39,444 nucleotides of DNA from Candidatus Aenigmatarchaeota archaeon (lineage in GTDB: Archaea; Aenigmatarchaeota; Aenigmatarchaeia; QMZP01; QMZT01), in contig JAGMCY010000150.1 of assembly GCA_023128965.1 (NCBI GenBank), forward strand, positions 1-39,444, read 5' to 3'. The notes beneath the pieces were generated by a model that was given only the letters and a program-made list of their open reading frames with translations, was not told the DNA's origin and did no database searches. Of this stretch, positions 1-10,363 are shown piece by piece. Position 1 is the first letter of the stretch. Every line of letters starts with the position of its first letter. The translations under genes and the position numbers were made by a program.

Positions 1-258
1 CCTCCCCACATCAAGACCAACCCTTTCTAAGGATTCTCTGGAATAAGAAACGGGGAACATTATGAACAGATCTATCTCCTTTTTATCAGTGAGCCATGTA
101 TCGCGAATGAACGAGCCGGCGATGGTTTTCTCCAGGCCAAGAGGTTTTATCACGTTCTCGGTCACGCCAATAACCTTTTCCAAAACGCCTAACAGTTCCT
201 CCCTTTCGCCCTCGCTGGGCGTTATCCTTTTCAGGACTTTTTTCAGAACATTTTCCAT
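1..258 (-). CDS. cca: CCA-adding enzyme (class I tRNA nucleotidyltransferase), 5' part; runs off the window
   Basis: Not in the ORF track; manual translation from ATG at 258 gives MENVLKKVLKRITPS...AGSFIRDTWLTDKKEIDLFIMFP, the GS-x-x-R-x-TWL-x4-EID nucleotidyltransferase signature of archaeal CCA enzymes. Confidence 0.9.
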   Translation of the reverse strand, partial: MENVLKKVLKRITPSEGEREELLGVLEKVIGVTENVIKPLGLEKTIAGSFIRDTWLTDKKEIDLFIMFPVSYSRESLERVGLDVGR

Positions 259-303
259 AGTAAGTTATTTATTTCGTTCCAATTAAAATAAAGTGTCAAA
301 AAC

Positions 304-1143
304 GTGATTTCTATGCCATCCGAAAACCCGATACTAAACATTTTCATTGACACGAGAAAGCCAATAACTGAAATATGTTCAAGAAAACTAGTGATATCTC
401 AAGAAAATGAAAGACTGAGGGATGTTTTGAATTTAATGCTTGCCAAGGGGTTCAGAAAGATACCGATTGTTGACAAACCAAGACATCTGAAGGGGATTGT
501 GACTTCGATTGACATTCTTGATCTCCTCGGAGGCGGGGAGAAATACAAAATCTTCAAGAAGAACAAGAAGAGCATGGATTTGCGCGTGGAAAAATTCATG
601 ACGAGGCACGTGAGAACGATAAACTTCAAAACAAACATAAAGAAATCGATTGAGATTTTCAAAAGAGAAGGTTTCGGGCTTTGTCCTGTTGCGGACTCCA
701 AAAAAATCCTAGGGGTGATTTCAGATCAGGACTTCGTTAAGCAGGTAAACAAAACATTGGGAATCAAGGTATACGAGGTAATGGTGGAGAGACCAATCAT
801 CGCTAAAAAAGGGTACAGCGTATATGACACCGCGAAGATGATGTGCAGGGGCGGATTCAGGAGGCTTCCTGTAGTCGAGGATGATATTCTCTTGGGAATT
901 ATGACACCAACCGATATTCTGCTTTATCTCCATAAAAACGGGATTGAGGACAACCTGGTTCTGGATAGAACGCGGATAGAAAAAGTGATGAATAGGGAGC
1001 CTGTTACCATCCGGGAAGACACGGATTTGTTATCAGCGATCAACGTCATGAAGAGAGAAAATGTGGGAGGATTGCCCGTTGTTGAGGATGACGAGCTTGC
1101 GGGAATAATAACAGAGAGGGACATACTGGAAGTATTGATATGA
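304..1143 (+). CDS. CBS-domain protein (four CBS repeats)
   Basis: Repeated CBS motifs: RKIPIVD...GIVTSID, RRLPVVE...GIMTPTD, GGLPVVE...GIITERD. Confidence 0.9.
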   Translation: MISMPSENPILNIFIDTRKPITEICSRKLVISQENERLRDVLNLMLAKGFRKIPIVDKPRHLKGIVTSIDILDLLGGGEKYKIFKKNKKSMDLRVEKFMTRHVRTINFKTNIKKSIEIFKREGFGLCPVADSKKILGVISDQDFVKQVNKTLGIKVYEVMVERPIIAKKGYSVYDTAKMMCRGGFRRLPVVEDDILLGIMTPTDILLYLHKNGIEDNLVLDRTRIEKVMNREPVTIREDTDLLSAINVMKRENVGGLPVVEDDELAGIITERDILEVLI

Positions 1144-1604
1144 GAAAAAAGCAAAGGATAAACGAAGAAGAGATAATCCGAATGGTAAGGGATTTGGAGG
1201 GAAAACTGGTTATAGTCGAAGGTAAAAACGATAAAAAAGCTTTAAAAAGCCTTGGCGTGAAAAATATTATTGCGATCAATGGAAGGCCGCTCTACGAGGT
1301 GGCGGAGGTCGCGTCAAAATCGAAAAGGGAAATTGTCATATTGACGGATTTTGATAGAAAGGGCAGGGAGATCGAAAAGCGATTGAAAACCCTGCTCCAG
1401 AGACACAAAAAACATCCCAATTCAAAATTAAGGGGAAAGATAATGTCTTTAGGAAAGAATAAAATTGAGGATTTCGGGAATTTGAATAGCCCGAGCCCTC
1501 ATTCGTTTAAGGAGGTTGATATTCATGTCAAAATTAGCGCCGACTTCAATAAAATACGTGATAAAGGCGGAAATAGACGCAAAAGGAGTAATAGAGAAAC
1601 CTGA
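1140..1604 (+). CDS. Stand-alone Toprim-domain protein (RNase M5/small primase-like)
   Basis: IVEGKND and ILTDFDRKG Toprim motifs; ATGA overlap with the upstream CBS gene. Confidence 0.85.
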   Translation: MRKKQRINEEEIIRMVRDLEGKLVIVEGKNDKKALKSLGVKNIIAINGRPLYEVAEVASKSKREIVILTDFDRKGREIEKRLKTLLQRHKKHPNSKLRGKIMSLGKNKIEDFGNLNSPSPHSFKEVDIHVKISADFNKIRDKGGNRRKRSNRET

Positions 1605-2748
1605 TGTTATAGGGGCGATATTTGGGCAGACAGAAGGTCTGCTCGGAACTGATCTCGATTTAAGGGAGCTTCAAAGAACAGGAAGGATAGGAAGGATTGA
1701 AGTTCATATAAAATCCGAAAAGGGGAAATCACACGGCGAGGTTATCATCCCTTCTTCTCTTGATTCAGCAGAAACCGCTTTAATAGCAGCCACACTGGAG
1801 ACTATCGAAAGAGTGGGTCCGTGTTTAGCAAAGATAACACTCAAATCGGTTGAGGACACAAGGGAGCTGAAGAGGAAGTTCGTGGTGGACAAGGCAAAGA
1901 CCATTTTGAAGGATTTGTTGGATAATGGGATACAAGACACGTCAAAGATAGCAGAGGAGATAAAAGAGGAGATCAAAACGTACGAAATAACGACTTATCA
2001 CGGTCTTCCATGCGGCCCGAATCTACTGGATTCAGATGAGATAATCGTAGTGGAGGGAAGAGCGGACGTTATAAACCTTGTGAAATACGGGATCAAGAAT
2101 GTAATAGCAATGGAAGGGAGTTCAATCCCCCAGCACATAGTCAATTTGTCGAAGGAGAAAATAACCACGGCCTTCGTTGACGGTGACAGGGGAGGGAGTC
2201 TTAACCTGAAAAGCCTAATGGAGACAACGGATTTGGATTACGTTGCTACCGCTCCCGAAGGGAAGGAAGTTGAAGAGCTTTCGAAAAAAGAGGTTTTCAA
2301 AGCCCTAAGGGAAAAGATATCACCATCCCGGTTCAAATTGGGGAAGTACAGCAATATAGAAAAAAGGGAAATAGCTAGAAAGGAACCGCCTAAAAGGGAG
2401 TTAAGGGAAAGACCAGAAAGGCCAACAAAGGGATTCACTAGGCCGAAAGTCACAAAGGTCACAGAAGATCAGAAAAAAATATTCAAGAAAACGCTTGATG
2501 ATCTCATAGGAACACGAGCTGCTTGTATTTTTGATTCAACATTCAACCTTTTGGGCAAGGTTCCTGTAAAGGAGTTGCAAAACACGTTGAAAACTGTTGA
2601 CAATCCCTATGCAGTGATATTTGACGGAAAGGTTGACTACGTACTGGATATGATAGCAAGGAAGAAGGGCATAAAGTTTTTGGTTGGGATGGAAAAGGAA
2701 AACATAAGATCCCCCATCAACATCCTATCAAAGCAGGACATCACATAA
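1525..2748 (+). CDS. dnaG: Archaeal DnaG (bacterial-type primase homolog, exosome-associated)
   Basis: KPDVIGAIFGQTEGLLG, LRELQRTGRIGRI, VVEGRADV and DGDRGG motifs; ATG at 1525 is preceded by GGAGG at 1511-1515. Confidence 0.95.
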   Translation: MSKLAPTSIKYVIKAEIDAKGVIEKPDVIGAIFGQTEGLLGTDLDLRELQRTGRIGRIEVHIKSEKGKSHGEVIIPSSLDSAETALIAATLETIERVGPCLAKITLKSVEDTRELKRKFVVDKAKTILKDLLDNGIQDTSKIAEEIKEEIKTYEITTYHGLPCGPNLLDSDEIIVVEGRADVINLVKYGIKNVIAMEGSSIPQHIVNLSKEKITTAFVDGDRGGSLNLKSLMETTDLDYVATAPEGKEVEELSKKEVFKALREKISPSRFKLGKYSNIEKREIARKEPPKRELRERPERPTKGFTRPKVTKVTEDQKKIFKKTLDDLIGTRAACIFDSTFNLLGKVPVKELQNTLKTVDNPYAVIFDGKVDYVLDMIARKKGIKFLVGMEKENIRSPINILSKQDIT

Positions 2749-2801
2749 ATTAATATAACTACAAAGCCAATTATTCAACAGACAAAAGATTAGGTGAGAG
2801 G

Positions 2802-3833
2802 ATGGAAGATTTGCTGAAAAAGCTCGTTGAATGCCCTTCGATTTCAGGTTATGAAAAGAACATCAGAGATCTGATATCCAAGGAGATCAGACCCCATGTT
2901 GATGAAGTGAAGGTTGATAAAATCGGGAATCTTATATGCAGGAAGGGTTCTGGTTCTCCAAAGATCATGTTGGCAGCACACATGGATGAAGTGGGTTTGA
3001 TGGTGAAATATATAGACGAGAAGGGTTTCATAAGGTTCGAGCCTGTTGGTGGATGGGACCCTAAAATTTTACTCGCCAGAAAGTTCGAAATACATGGTTC
3101 AAAGGGTCCTCTCGTAGCGGTGATAGGATCAAAACCGATTCACCTGCAGGAGAGAGAAGAGGAAAAGAAGCCCGTGAAGATAAAAGAGATGTTCATTGAT
3201 ATAGGAGCGAAAAACAGAAAAGAAGCCGAAAGGATGGGTGTTAATGTAGGGGATTTCATCACGAACCACGGAGAATTCAACAAAATTGGCGGTTCCAAGG
3301 TGACGGGATACGGATTTGATGACCGTGTTGGTTGCTTGGAACTGATAGAGGTCATGAAAAATCTCAAAAATTTCAAGGGAACGGTTTATGCCGTGGGAAC
3401 CGTGAAGGAGGAGATAGGGTTGGTTGGGATAAGGGGTTCAGCATTCGGCTTAAATCCCGACATTGTGATAGCCATTGACGTCACGACAAGCGGTGACACG
3501 CCTGAATTGAAGCCGCATGAAGCCATAGCAAGAATAAGTGAAGGTCCCACGCTCGTAATCAAAGACGCGATAAGCATAGTTCAGAATGAAATAAAGAAAT
3601 GGGTTCAGGACGTTGCTAAGAAAAACAAGATAAAATTGCAGTTTGACATCCTTTCACATGGTGCAACCGATGCCTCTATAACCCCAATGATAAGGGAGGG
3701 CATACCATCACTTTCAATACTAACGCCTTCACGTTACTTACACACACCCGTTGAGATTGTGGATATGAATGACGTGAAGAATTCTGCAAAACTCGTCACA
3801 GAGCTCGTGAAAACAGCGTACAAACATTTCTAA
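2802..3833 (+). CDS. M42 family (TET-like) aminopeptidase
   Basis: Metal ligands AHMDEVG, DDR, EEIG, IDVT, LHTP; AGGTGA Shine-Dalgarno upstream. Confidence 0.92.
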   Translation: MEDLLKKLVECPSISGYEKNIRDLISKEIRPHVDEVKVDKIGNLICRKGSGSPKIMLAAHMDEVGLMVKYIDEKGFIRFEPVGGWDPKILLARKFEIHGSKGPLVAVIGSKPIHLQEREEEKKPVKIKEMFIDIGAKNRKEAERMGVNVGDFITNHGEFNKIGGSKVTGYGFDDRVGCLELIEVMKNLKNFKGTVYAVGTVKEEIGLVGIRGSAFGLNPDIVIAIDVTTSGDTPELKPHEAIARISEGPTLVIKDAISIVQNEIKKWVQDVAKKNKIKLQFDILSHGATDASITPMIREGIPSLSILTPSRYLHTPVEIVDMNDVKNSAKLVTELVKTAYKHF

Positions 3834-3835
3834 CT

Positions 3836-4225
3836 TCACATTATATTCACGTTTCCACGTATTGGTATTACCTCTAGTTCACCCCTGTACAACTGGACAT
3901 TCCCTATGATATTAATTTCGTTCCCATTACTTATTTCACTCACGTTCACGTTATTGATCTCGAGAAATTCCAGTATATCCTCCCAGATCACGACCTTCAC
4001 CTTTCCTGTATCATCTTTAAGATCGAAAAATACATGACCCTTGCTCCTGAACATTCCCGTTATCTCACCCGTCACATTCACGGTTTTTCCTGTGAATGAC
4101 CTATCAATATCGCCTATATTCACGTGAAATGATAAATTTTGACTGGTGATAATATACAAAAGAACAAGGCTTACAGACACCCCAATAACGGATATCTTCA
4201 CCAAAATATTCTCATTCATTTTCAC
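3836..4225 (-). CDS. Membrane-anchored OB-fold nucleic-acid-binding protein
   Basis: N-terminal hydrophobic helix followed by an OB pattern (VNVTGEI, HVFFDLKDDTGKVKVVIW, IIGNVQLYRGELEV). Confidence 0.75.
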   Translation of the reverse strand: MKMNENILVKISVIGVSVSLVLLYIITSQNLSFHVNIGDIDRSFTGKTVNVTGEITGMFRSKGHVFFDLKDDTGKVKVVIWEDILEFLEINNVNVSEISNGNEINIIGNVQLYRGELEVIPIRGNVNIM

Positions 4226-4766
4226 GACCCAATTTAAATACAGCCAAATCGCTATATATAGGACCCTTTTTTGTCAGCATACTCAACTTCAACTTCACTT
4301 CATTCACGTTCATTTCACCTACGTTCACGTTTTTTGATTCATCCATGAATTTAAGCAAGATATCCTTGTTTTTACTTGACTTGACCCTTCCTATTGTCAA
4401 ATGAGGGGAAAAATTCTTCTTGCCCACTTTCACAAAATCGTTCACCTTTTTCATTATCTTCACCAATTCATCTTCACCTTTATTTAAACCCAACCACAGT
4501 GTCCTTATGTAGGGAGGACTTCCGAAATAGCCAACACCATTGATACTTATTTTGAATTCACCCTCATTTTTCAAGCATTCTTCCAGAGATTTCTTTATTC
4601 CCTTAACTTCATTTTCATTCACATCACCAAGAAATTTTACCGTGAAATGAAGGTTTTCAGACCCAACCAACTTTGTATCTATGTCCATATCTTTTAATTG
4701 TTTCTGTATTTTCACTACTTTGTTTACTAGTTTCTTGTCGATATCAATCGATATAAAACATCTCAT
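4212..4766 (-). CDS. thpR: RNA 2',3'-cyclic phosphodiesterase / 2'-5' RNA ligase (2H phosphoesterase)
   Basis: MRCFISID start; two HxT motifs (LHFTVKFLG, PHLTIGRVK); S-x-L-x3-GPIY C-terminus. Confidence 0.92.
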   Translation of the reverse strand: MRCFISIDIDKKLVNKVVKIQKQLKDMDIDTKLVGSENLHFTVKFLGDVNENEVKGIKKSLEECLKNEGEFKISINGVGYFGSPPYIRTLWLGLNKGEDELVKIMKKVNDFVKVGKKNFSPHLTIGRVKSSKNKDILLKFMDESKNVNVGEMNVNEVKLKLSMLTKKGPIYSDLAVFKLGRENE

Positions 4767-4855
4767 AAAAGGTATTGTGAAGATGTATATATAAAATTTT
4801 CATTTCACATCAACTTCACAAAAATATTTAAATACTTTCCTAATTATATGAAATT

Positions 4856-5932
4856 ATGAACTCGGATATGAATTTAAGTGAAAAGTACATGAACATGTTC
4901 AGCTGGAAAGAGAACCCGTTCAGCTTCAAGATACTGCCCGATCTTTTTGTCGGTTACCTGAAGGAGATGGAGAGGATATCCACCAGTATACAAAATAAAG
5001 ATAAATTCTTCCTGTTGGTCGGTCCCACGGGTTCAGGGAAGACAACACTCATGAAGTTTCTGACGAAAAAATTCGATAAAGAGAAAATGATCTTTTACCT
5101 TTCCAAACCTCCGGGTAAACCTGAAGACTGGGTGAAGATATTCACGAACTTCATAGGATTCGGAATATTAGAAAGATTATTTTCACGCAGAACCCCCGAT
5201 ATATACAACCTCAGTGAATGGGTGAACAAGAAAATGAAGAACAAGGACATGGTTTTGCTCGTTGATGAAAGCCACGAAGCCAGCATAGAAACGCTGGAAT
5301 GGTTAAGAACATTAACGGATCAGATAGACAATCTTTCGATTGTCATCGCAGGCCTGCCAACGCTGGAGTCAATCCTTAGGGACAACCTCGAAACGTTCAC
5401 GAGGAGGGTTAACATAAGGGTGGAGCTCGCGAACCTGACAAAATCGGAAACCAGAGAACTCATAAAAAGGAGGATAGAGTGGGCAGGAGGAGAAGACATA
5501 AAGCCATTCACATCAGAAACGATTGAACACATATACGAAAAGACAGGCGGATTTCCAAGAGAAGTGATAAGGATATGCAGCGATCTCGTGCAGAAGGCTA
5601 TCGAAAACCACATATCAACCATAGACATGAATTTCCTCGAGGATTCCGAGGTCACCGCACCCAAAAGAATCCATTTGGGTTCAATGAATGCTCTGCCTTC
5701 AAAACAGAGAAATATACTCGAAATACTGGGGAAACACGGAGAGCTAACGCCTGCGGAAATCGTGGAGAAAATGGATTTAGATGCTTACAAAAGCAGGGAT
5801 AACGCGATAAGGTCCATCAACAACATACTCAAAAGGCTTGTAAAGGAAGGGATGTTGATAAGGAAAAGGAGAGGGAAAAGCTACCAATACGCGGTATCCG
5901 ATAAGATAACGACATTGATGGTTAATGCATAA
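4856..5932 (+). CDS. ExeA/GspA-like AAA ATPase with C-terminal winged helix
   Basis: FSWKENPF N-terminus, Walker A GPTGSGKT, Walker B LLVDESH, TGGFPR motif, wHTH-like C-terminus. Confidence 0.75.
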   Translation: MNSDMNLSEKYMNMFSWKENPFSFKILPDLFVGYLKEMERISTSIQNKDKFFLLVGPTGSGKTTLMKFLTKKFDKEKMIFYLSKPPGKPEDWVKIFTNFIGFGILERLFSRRTPDIYNLSEWVNKKMKNKDMVLLVDESHEASIETLEWLRTLTDQIDNLSIVIAGLPTLESILRDNLETFTRRVNIRVELANLTKSETRELIKRRIEWAGGEDIKPFTSETIEHIYEKTGGFPREVIRICSDLVQKAIENHISTIDMNFLEDSEVTAPKRIHLGSMNALPSKQRNILEILGKHGELTPAEIVEKMDLDAYKSRDNAIRSINNILKRLVKEGMLIRKRRGKSYQYAVSDKITTLMVNA

Positions 5933-5990
5933 ATTTTTAAATACTTCATTTTCATAATATACACATGTCATTATCAAGGAGAGGGTTTTT

Positions 5991-6251
5991 ATGGAAGAAA
6001 GAATAAGAAGCAGGGACCTTATGGGTAAGATTTTAGTTTCAGAGGAAAGCGGAAAGAAATTCGGAGTGGTCGGAGACCTTGACTATATTGTAGAATCAGG
6101 CGAGCTCGTAAACCTTGTTCTGGTGCAACCAACAAAGCACACGAATGAACTAAACTTGCAGGAAGACGACAAGGGAAGGGTTCTAGTTCCGTTCTCTGCG
6201 GTGAAATCTGTAGGAGATTTCGTCATAGTAACTGAAAAAGACATAATCTAA
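5991..6251 (+). CDS. PRC-barrel protein (CdpB-like)
   Basis: LMGKILVSEESGKKFGVVGD...LVPFSAVKSVGDFVIV is a typical archaeal PRC barrel; GGAGAGG upstream. Confidence 0.85.
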   Translation: MEERIRSRDLMGKILVSEESGKKFGVVGDLDYIVESGELVNLVLVQPTKHTNELNLQEDDKGRVLVPFSAVKSVGDFVIVTEKDII

Positions 6252-6316
6252 GTTCGCATTTCTCCTATTTCTGCTTTTGATAGGTATATAAATTTGACCC
6301 CGTCAATATAGTAATT

Positions 6317-6619
6317 ATGACAAGGAAAAACTACTACAAAAACACGGTAAAAAACGTTATACGGATCCTCAATTTACTCAAAAAATCAGGACAAGATGGC
6401 GAACTCGTCACCATCTCGAAAATCTCGAAACTGACAGGTCTTCACAAATGGACCGTTTCTCGAACGATAGATTTGTATATGTCCCCCTATGTCGAAATAA
6501 TGATTCCAGAAGGTTTTGAGGATGTTGGTTTGAAAATAAAATTCGTGAAACTGAAGGACCCGGATATAAAAAAGGAACAGGTTTTGAGATTCCTGAAACT
6601 GCGAAGTCTCACTTTTTAA
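6317..6619 (+). CDS. Small HTH-domain protein
   Basis: [21 protein letters not shown] resembles a helix-turn-helix; fills the gap up to the radA stop. Confidence 0.6.
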   Translation: MTRKNYYKNTVKNVIRILNLLKKSGQDGELVTISKISKLTGLHKWTVSRTIDLYMSPYVEIMIPEGFEDVGLKIKFVKLKDPDIKKEQVLRFLKLRSLTF

Positions 6620-7551
6620 TCCCTCACACCCTCGGTTATCAGTCTGAATACAGCCTCGCCTTCCGGAAGACTTGGAGAATCAATGAGTTTCGCTATTCTT
6701 TTATCACCTTTGGATCTCCTGAGGTACACGCGGAACGTCGCCTGATGCCCCAGTATGTGACCTCCTATTGGAACTGTAGGATCACCAAACAAAACGTCAG
6801 GCCTTGCCATGACCTGGTTGGTTACATAAATCGCCAAATTGTAGACATCAGCGATTCTCTGCAAATAATGGAGGTGTCTGTTGAGTTTTTGCTGCCGGTT
6901 AGCGAGGGTCCCCCTTCCCGTGTAATCCGACCTGAAGGATGATGTTAATGAATCGACCACTAACAATTTCACGTTTCCCCTTTTTATGACTTCCTCAGCC
7001 TTTTCGGCTAGAATGACCTGATGATCAGAATTGTAAGCCCTAGCAACGAATATATTTTTCATAGCCTTCTCTGGGTCGATGCCAAGGGCCTCTGCCATAT
7101 GCCTTACTCTTTCCGGCCTGAATGTCTGCTCCGTGTCTATGAATATCGCCTTTCCCCCCAAACCCCCCTTTTCTTTTGGGAGCTGGACAGAAACAGCGAG
7201 TTGATGAGCGAGCTGTGATTTACCTGAACCAAAAGCACCATGCATTTCGGTTATAGCCTGCGTCTCGATCCCTCCGCCAAGAAGACCGTCCAATGTTTTT
7301 GAACATGTGGTTATCCTGCCTATTTTTTCCCTTTTTTCCAAAACATCCTTTGCGGTTTCGAAACCCATCTTGAGTTTCTGCCTGGCCGCTGCTATGATTT
7401 TGTTCGCTGTCTCCACGCCTATCCCCGTCGCCGCAGAAAGTTCACCGGCTGAGGAGGCCGCGATGCTCATGAGGTTGTCATAGCCGGCTTCTTTCATTTT
7501 TTCCAGTGTTTTATCACCGACACCCGGAAGTTCTTCGATACCCTTTGTCAT
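6616..7551 (-). CDS. radA: DNA repair and recombination protein RadA
   Basis: N-terminal HhH (LPGVG), GFETA polymerisation motif, [28 protein letters not shown]. Confidence 0.97.
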   Translation of the reverse strand: MTKGIEELPGVGDKTLEKMKEAGYDNLMSIAASSAGELSAATGIGVETANKIIAAARQKLKMGFETAKDVLEKREKIGRITTCSKTLDGLLGGGIETQAITEMHGAFGSGKSQLAHQLAVSVQLPKEKGGLGGKAIFIDTEQTFRPERVRHMAEALGIDPEKAMKNIFVARAYNSDHQVILAEKAEEVIKRGNVKLLVVDSLTSSFRSDYTGRGTLANRQQKLNRHLHYLQRIADVYNLAIYVTNQVMARPDVLFGDPTVPIGGHILGHQATFRVYLRRSKGDKRIAKLIDSPSLPEGEAVFRLITEGVRD

Positions 7552-7588
7552 ATAAATCCCCTTAGCATTAATATTTCACTTTAATATT

Positions 7589-8602
7589 TTAATCTTTAAT
7601 CCCCCTTATCCTTCGAAGTAGTTTTTCGGCTTCCCCTTTCGGATCAACACTTTCGATTTCATTCGCGATAAATTCCATCCTTTCCGTGAACTGGTTTTTC
7701 TTGACCCTGCCCCTGATTATGAATTCCTCCCCAAGATGCAAATTTTCATATACATTTAACTGGTCACCGGAAGCGACCTTTTTCAACTCTTCCGTGTCCT
7801 TGCCGAAAACCTTCTCTGCGAGATCTCTGAAGAAGACCACACGTATGTTCCCAGAACCATCATCTATCACACCCGAAAGCACGAGGTTGTATTTCGGTTC
7901 GACGTTACCATGATCTTTACATTTCCACACATCCTCTTCCTTTCCCAATCGTGATTCACATGTTGGACATACCTCGAAAAACGGATTCCTCCTGTAAACC
8001 TGGACCAGTGAAGCCCTCACCTTGCTGTATTCCCCTTCCCTCAGATCACGTATGTTCTTTACATTCACTGTATCGAAATCCCCCCCTATATCCTTAATTT
8101 CGGGTATCTGCGTATCCGATTTCTCCAGTTTTCCCATTCTTCCGAGCCTTATTTCACTGTTTCCCCTGTTGTCTTCCTTCACATACCCCCCTGTGACCTT
8201 CACAACATCCCCTTCTTTCACGTCCAGTTCCTTGAGTAATTCTATCTCACCGTTCCACAGAGAAAGCCTTACAACCCCGGTGTCGTCCCCAAGCGTGATG
8301 TTCACCACACTCCCCGTTTTCCCTCCCCTTTCGAAATCCCTTTTATCCGATATGTTCACGATCCTGCCTGCTATGTCAACCGATCTCATCCCAGGGATAA
8401 CATTCTTGACCTTGAGCCTTCGTTTTGCGGGTTCCTTGAGAAGGTTTACGCCGAGCTCTTTTCCGACTATGTAAGCCGCCCCTTCAGGCGAGACCAGGCC
8501 TGAGAGCTCGATCTGCTTTTCCCCGATCTTCTGGTTCACCTCGTCTTCCGAGAGTTTGGAAACCTTTGATATCTCCTTAACGATCTCCTTAAGAGAAAAC
8601 AT
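7589..8602 (-). CDS. Replication protein A, large subunit (OB folds plus Zn finger)
   Basis: GDDTGVVRLSLW and IDDGSGNIRVVFF OB motifs; CPTC...CKDH zinc finger. Confidence 0.85.
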   Translation of the reverse strand: MFSLKEIVKEISKVSKLSEDEVNQKIGEKQIELSGLVSPEGAAYIVGKELGVNLLKEPAKRRLKVKNVIPGMRSVDIAGRIVNISDKRDFERGGKTGSVVNITLGDDTGVVRLSLWNGEIELLKELDVKEGDVVKVTGGYVKEDNRGNSEIRLGRMGKLEKSDTQIPEIKDIGGDFDTVNVKNIRDLREGEYSKVRASLVQVYRRNPFFEVCPTCESRLGKEEDVWKCKDHGNVEPKYNLVLSGVIDDGSGNIRVVFFRDLAEKVFGKDTEELKKVASGDQLNVYENLHLGEEFIIRGRVKKNQFTERMEFIANEIESVDPKGEAEKLLRRIRGIKD

Positions 8603-8665
8603 GCCAAAACCTTTGAACTTTGAATAAAGATTGAAAATTAGTTATAAAAGTTTATGTTTAAACCA

Positions 8666-10363
8666 TTAGTCGATAACCTTGAGTCCGGTGTACGATTCCG
8701 TAACCTTCTTTGCCGTTTTAGCTTTCGTCTTGTATGGAGGAACATCCTTCTCAACCCATTCCATGACTATCGGTGGCTCTTTGTGGTAGAGGTTGATCAG
8801 TTTCCCGACTTCATCGAAATTGGTCACGCCGAATTTCTTCATCCACTTCAGAATACTCGCGCGCGTTTTCAGCTCTTTTACTATCTCATCATACGTCACG
8901 CCCTTGTCAAACGCTATTTTCTTCAAGAGATAGGATTCCTCCAGATTCTCAGAAAATGTGTCCGTCGAGGGGGTCCAGTCAAATATCTTTATGTTGTGTG
9001 CCGTCCCTGATTTGGGGTCTATGGATTCTATCTCATCTATCTCTTTCACCCTCCTTGCAGATTTACCCCTTTCCCTTGCATGGACCATTACCACGACGAG
9101 GTCAAGGGTTTCGATAAGCGTAGGCGAAAGCTCAATCGGGGGCGTTTCGAGTCGTTTGATAACATCTTCTATAGATCCCGCGTGTATGGTTCCTAAAGAT
9201 GAATGACCGCTTGCCATTCCCTGGAACATAACGTACGCTTCCTCTCCCCTCACCTCGCCTACTATCACGTAATCCGGGTTCTGTCTGAACGATTCCTTGA
9301 GCAATTCGAATAACGTGACCTCACCGTATCTTTTGCCTCCAATTTCAGGAACGCCAAAACCAATCCTCGACACGCTTGGTATCCAGTTCTCATGGGGGAG
9401 ATTGAGTTCGCGTGTATCCTCGATCGAGACTATCTTGTCTTCGGGCGGGATGAACATGCTCATGACGTTCAAAAATGTCGTCTTGCCCGTAGAAACCCCC
9501 CCGCATATGAGCGTTGAAGTTCTTGCTTCTACCATCAACCAAAGGTATGCCATCAGATTTGGGGAAGCGGTATTGAAATTCAAGACATCGATCGGTGAGA
9601 ACGGTTCCACGCGAAATTTACGGATGGAAAACGTCGGGCCTTTTGTGGTGACGTCTTTCGCAAGCGTAGCCTGCACCCTCGAGCCGTCCGGGAGCGAACC
9701 GTCAAGCAAAGGTTTCGCGTAGGATATGTATCTCCCACAACGTTCGGCAAGCTTTATCACAAAATTGTTCAGATACCCGCTGTCCTTGAACATTATGTCG
9801 GTTTCGACAGACCCGAATTTTCTGTGGACCACAAAAATTGGAATACCCAATCCCGGACAGCCTATATCCTCTATGTAGGGGTCGTGTAACAAACCCTCGA
9901 TCTCATTGAAACCCACGAAATCCCTGTAAATGAAATAAGTTATCTTGACATATGTTTCTGTGTGCAATATCAAATTCTCATCCTCCAGTATTTTCTGCAG
10001 TTTTTCCTGTATGTATTCGAAAACCTTACCCTTTGCTCTAACAGCTGATAATTCAACATCTATTATCTCGAGCAAATCCTTCTTGATGGTTTCGAGGACA
10101 TCCCTTTCCTTTTTTGAAAGATCCGGTTCTATCACACGGTAAACCAGACTTTTTTTCTCAGGGTTCCATTTTATATGGGCATAAACGAAGGGCTCTAGAA
10201 GTGGATACTTGATATCGATTTTTGTCGGTTTTTTAAGCGAAGGGAAGATTATGAGATGTTTGGGTTCTTTGATTTTGACGGTTGGATATTTTACCTTGCC
10301 GATCTCCCTGATCCTGTCTATCTTCTTCCTTAATGCCCCCTTCAAACCCATTTCAAACACCAT
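8666..10363 (-). CDS. Type II/IV secretion (pilus assembly) ATPase, FlaI/TadA family
   Basis: GGVSTGKTT, SIEDTRE, RQNPDYVIVGEVRG, GHSSLGTIHA. Confidence 0.93.
   Translation of the reverse strand: MVFEMGLKGALRKKIDRIREIGKVKYPTVKIKEPKHLIIFPSLKKPTKIDIKYPLLEPFVYAHIKWNPEKKSLVYRVIEPDLSKKERDVLETIKKDLLEIIDVELSAVRAKGKVFEYIQEKLQKILEDENLILHTETYVKITYFIYRDFVGFNEIEGLLHDPYIEDIGCPGLGIPIFVVHRKFGSVETDIMFKDSGYLNNFVIKLAERCGRYISYAKPLLDGSLPDGSRVQATLAKDVTTKGPTFSIRKFRVEPFSPIDVLNFNTASPNLMAYLWLMVEARTSTLICGGVSTGKTTFLNVMSMFIPPEDKIVSIEDTRELNLPHENWIPSVSRIGFGVPEIGGKRYGEVTLFELLKESFRQNPDYVIVGEVRGEEAYVMFQGMASGHSSLGTIHAGSIEDVIKRLETPPIELSPTLIETLDLVVVMVHARERGKSARRVKEIDEIESIDPKSGTAHNIKIFDWTPSTDTFSENLEESYLLKKIAFDKGVTYDEIVKELKTRASILKWMKKFGVTNFDEVGKLINLYHKEPPIVMEWVEKDVPPYKTKAKTAKKVTESYTGLKVID

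Noticed and set aside
62..286. 74-aa plus-strand ORF
   Set aside because: Antisense to the partial cca gene
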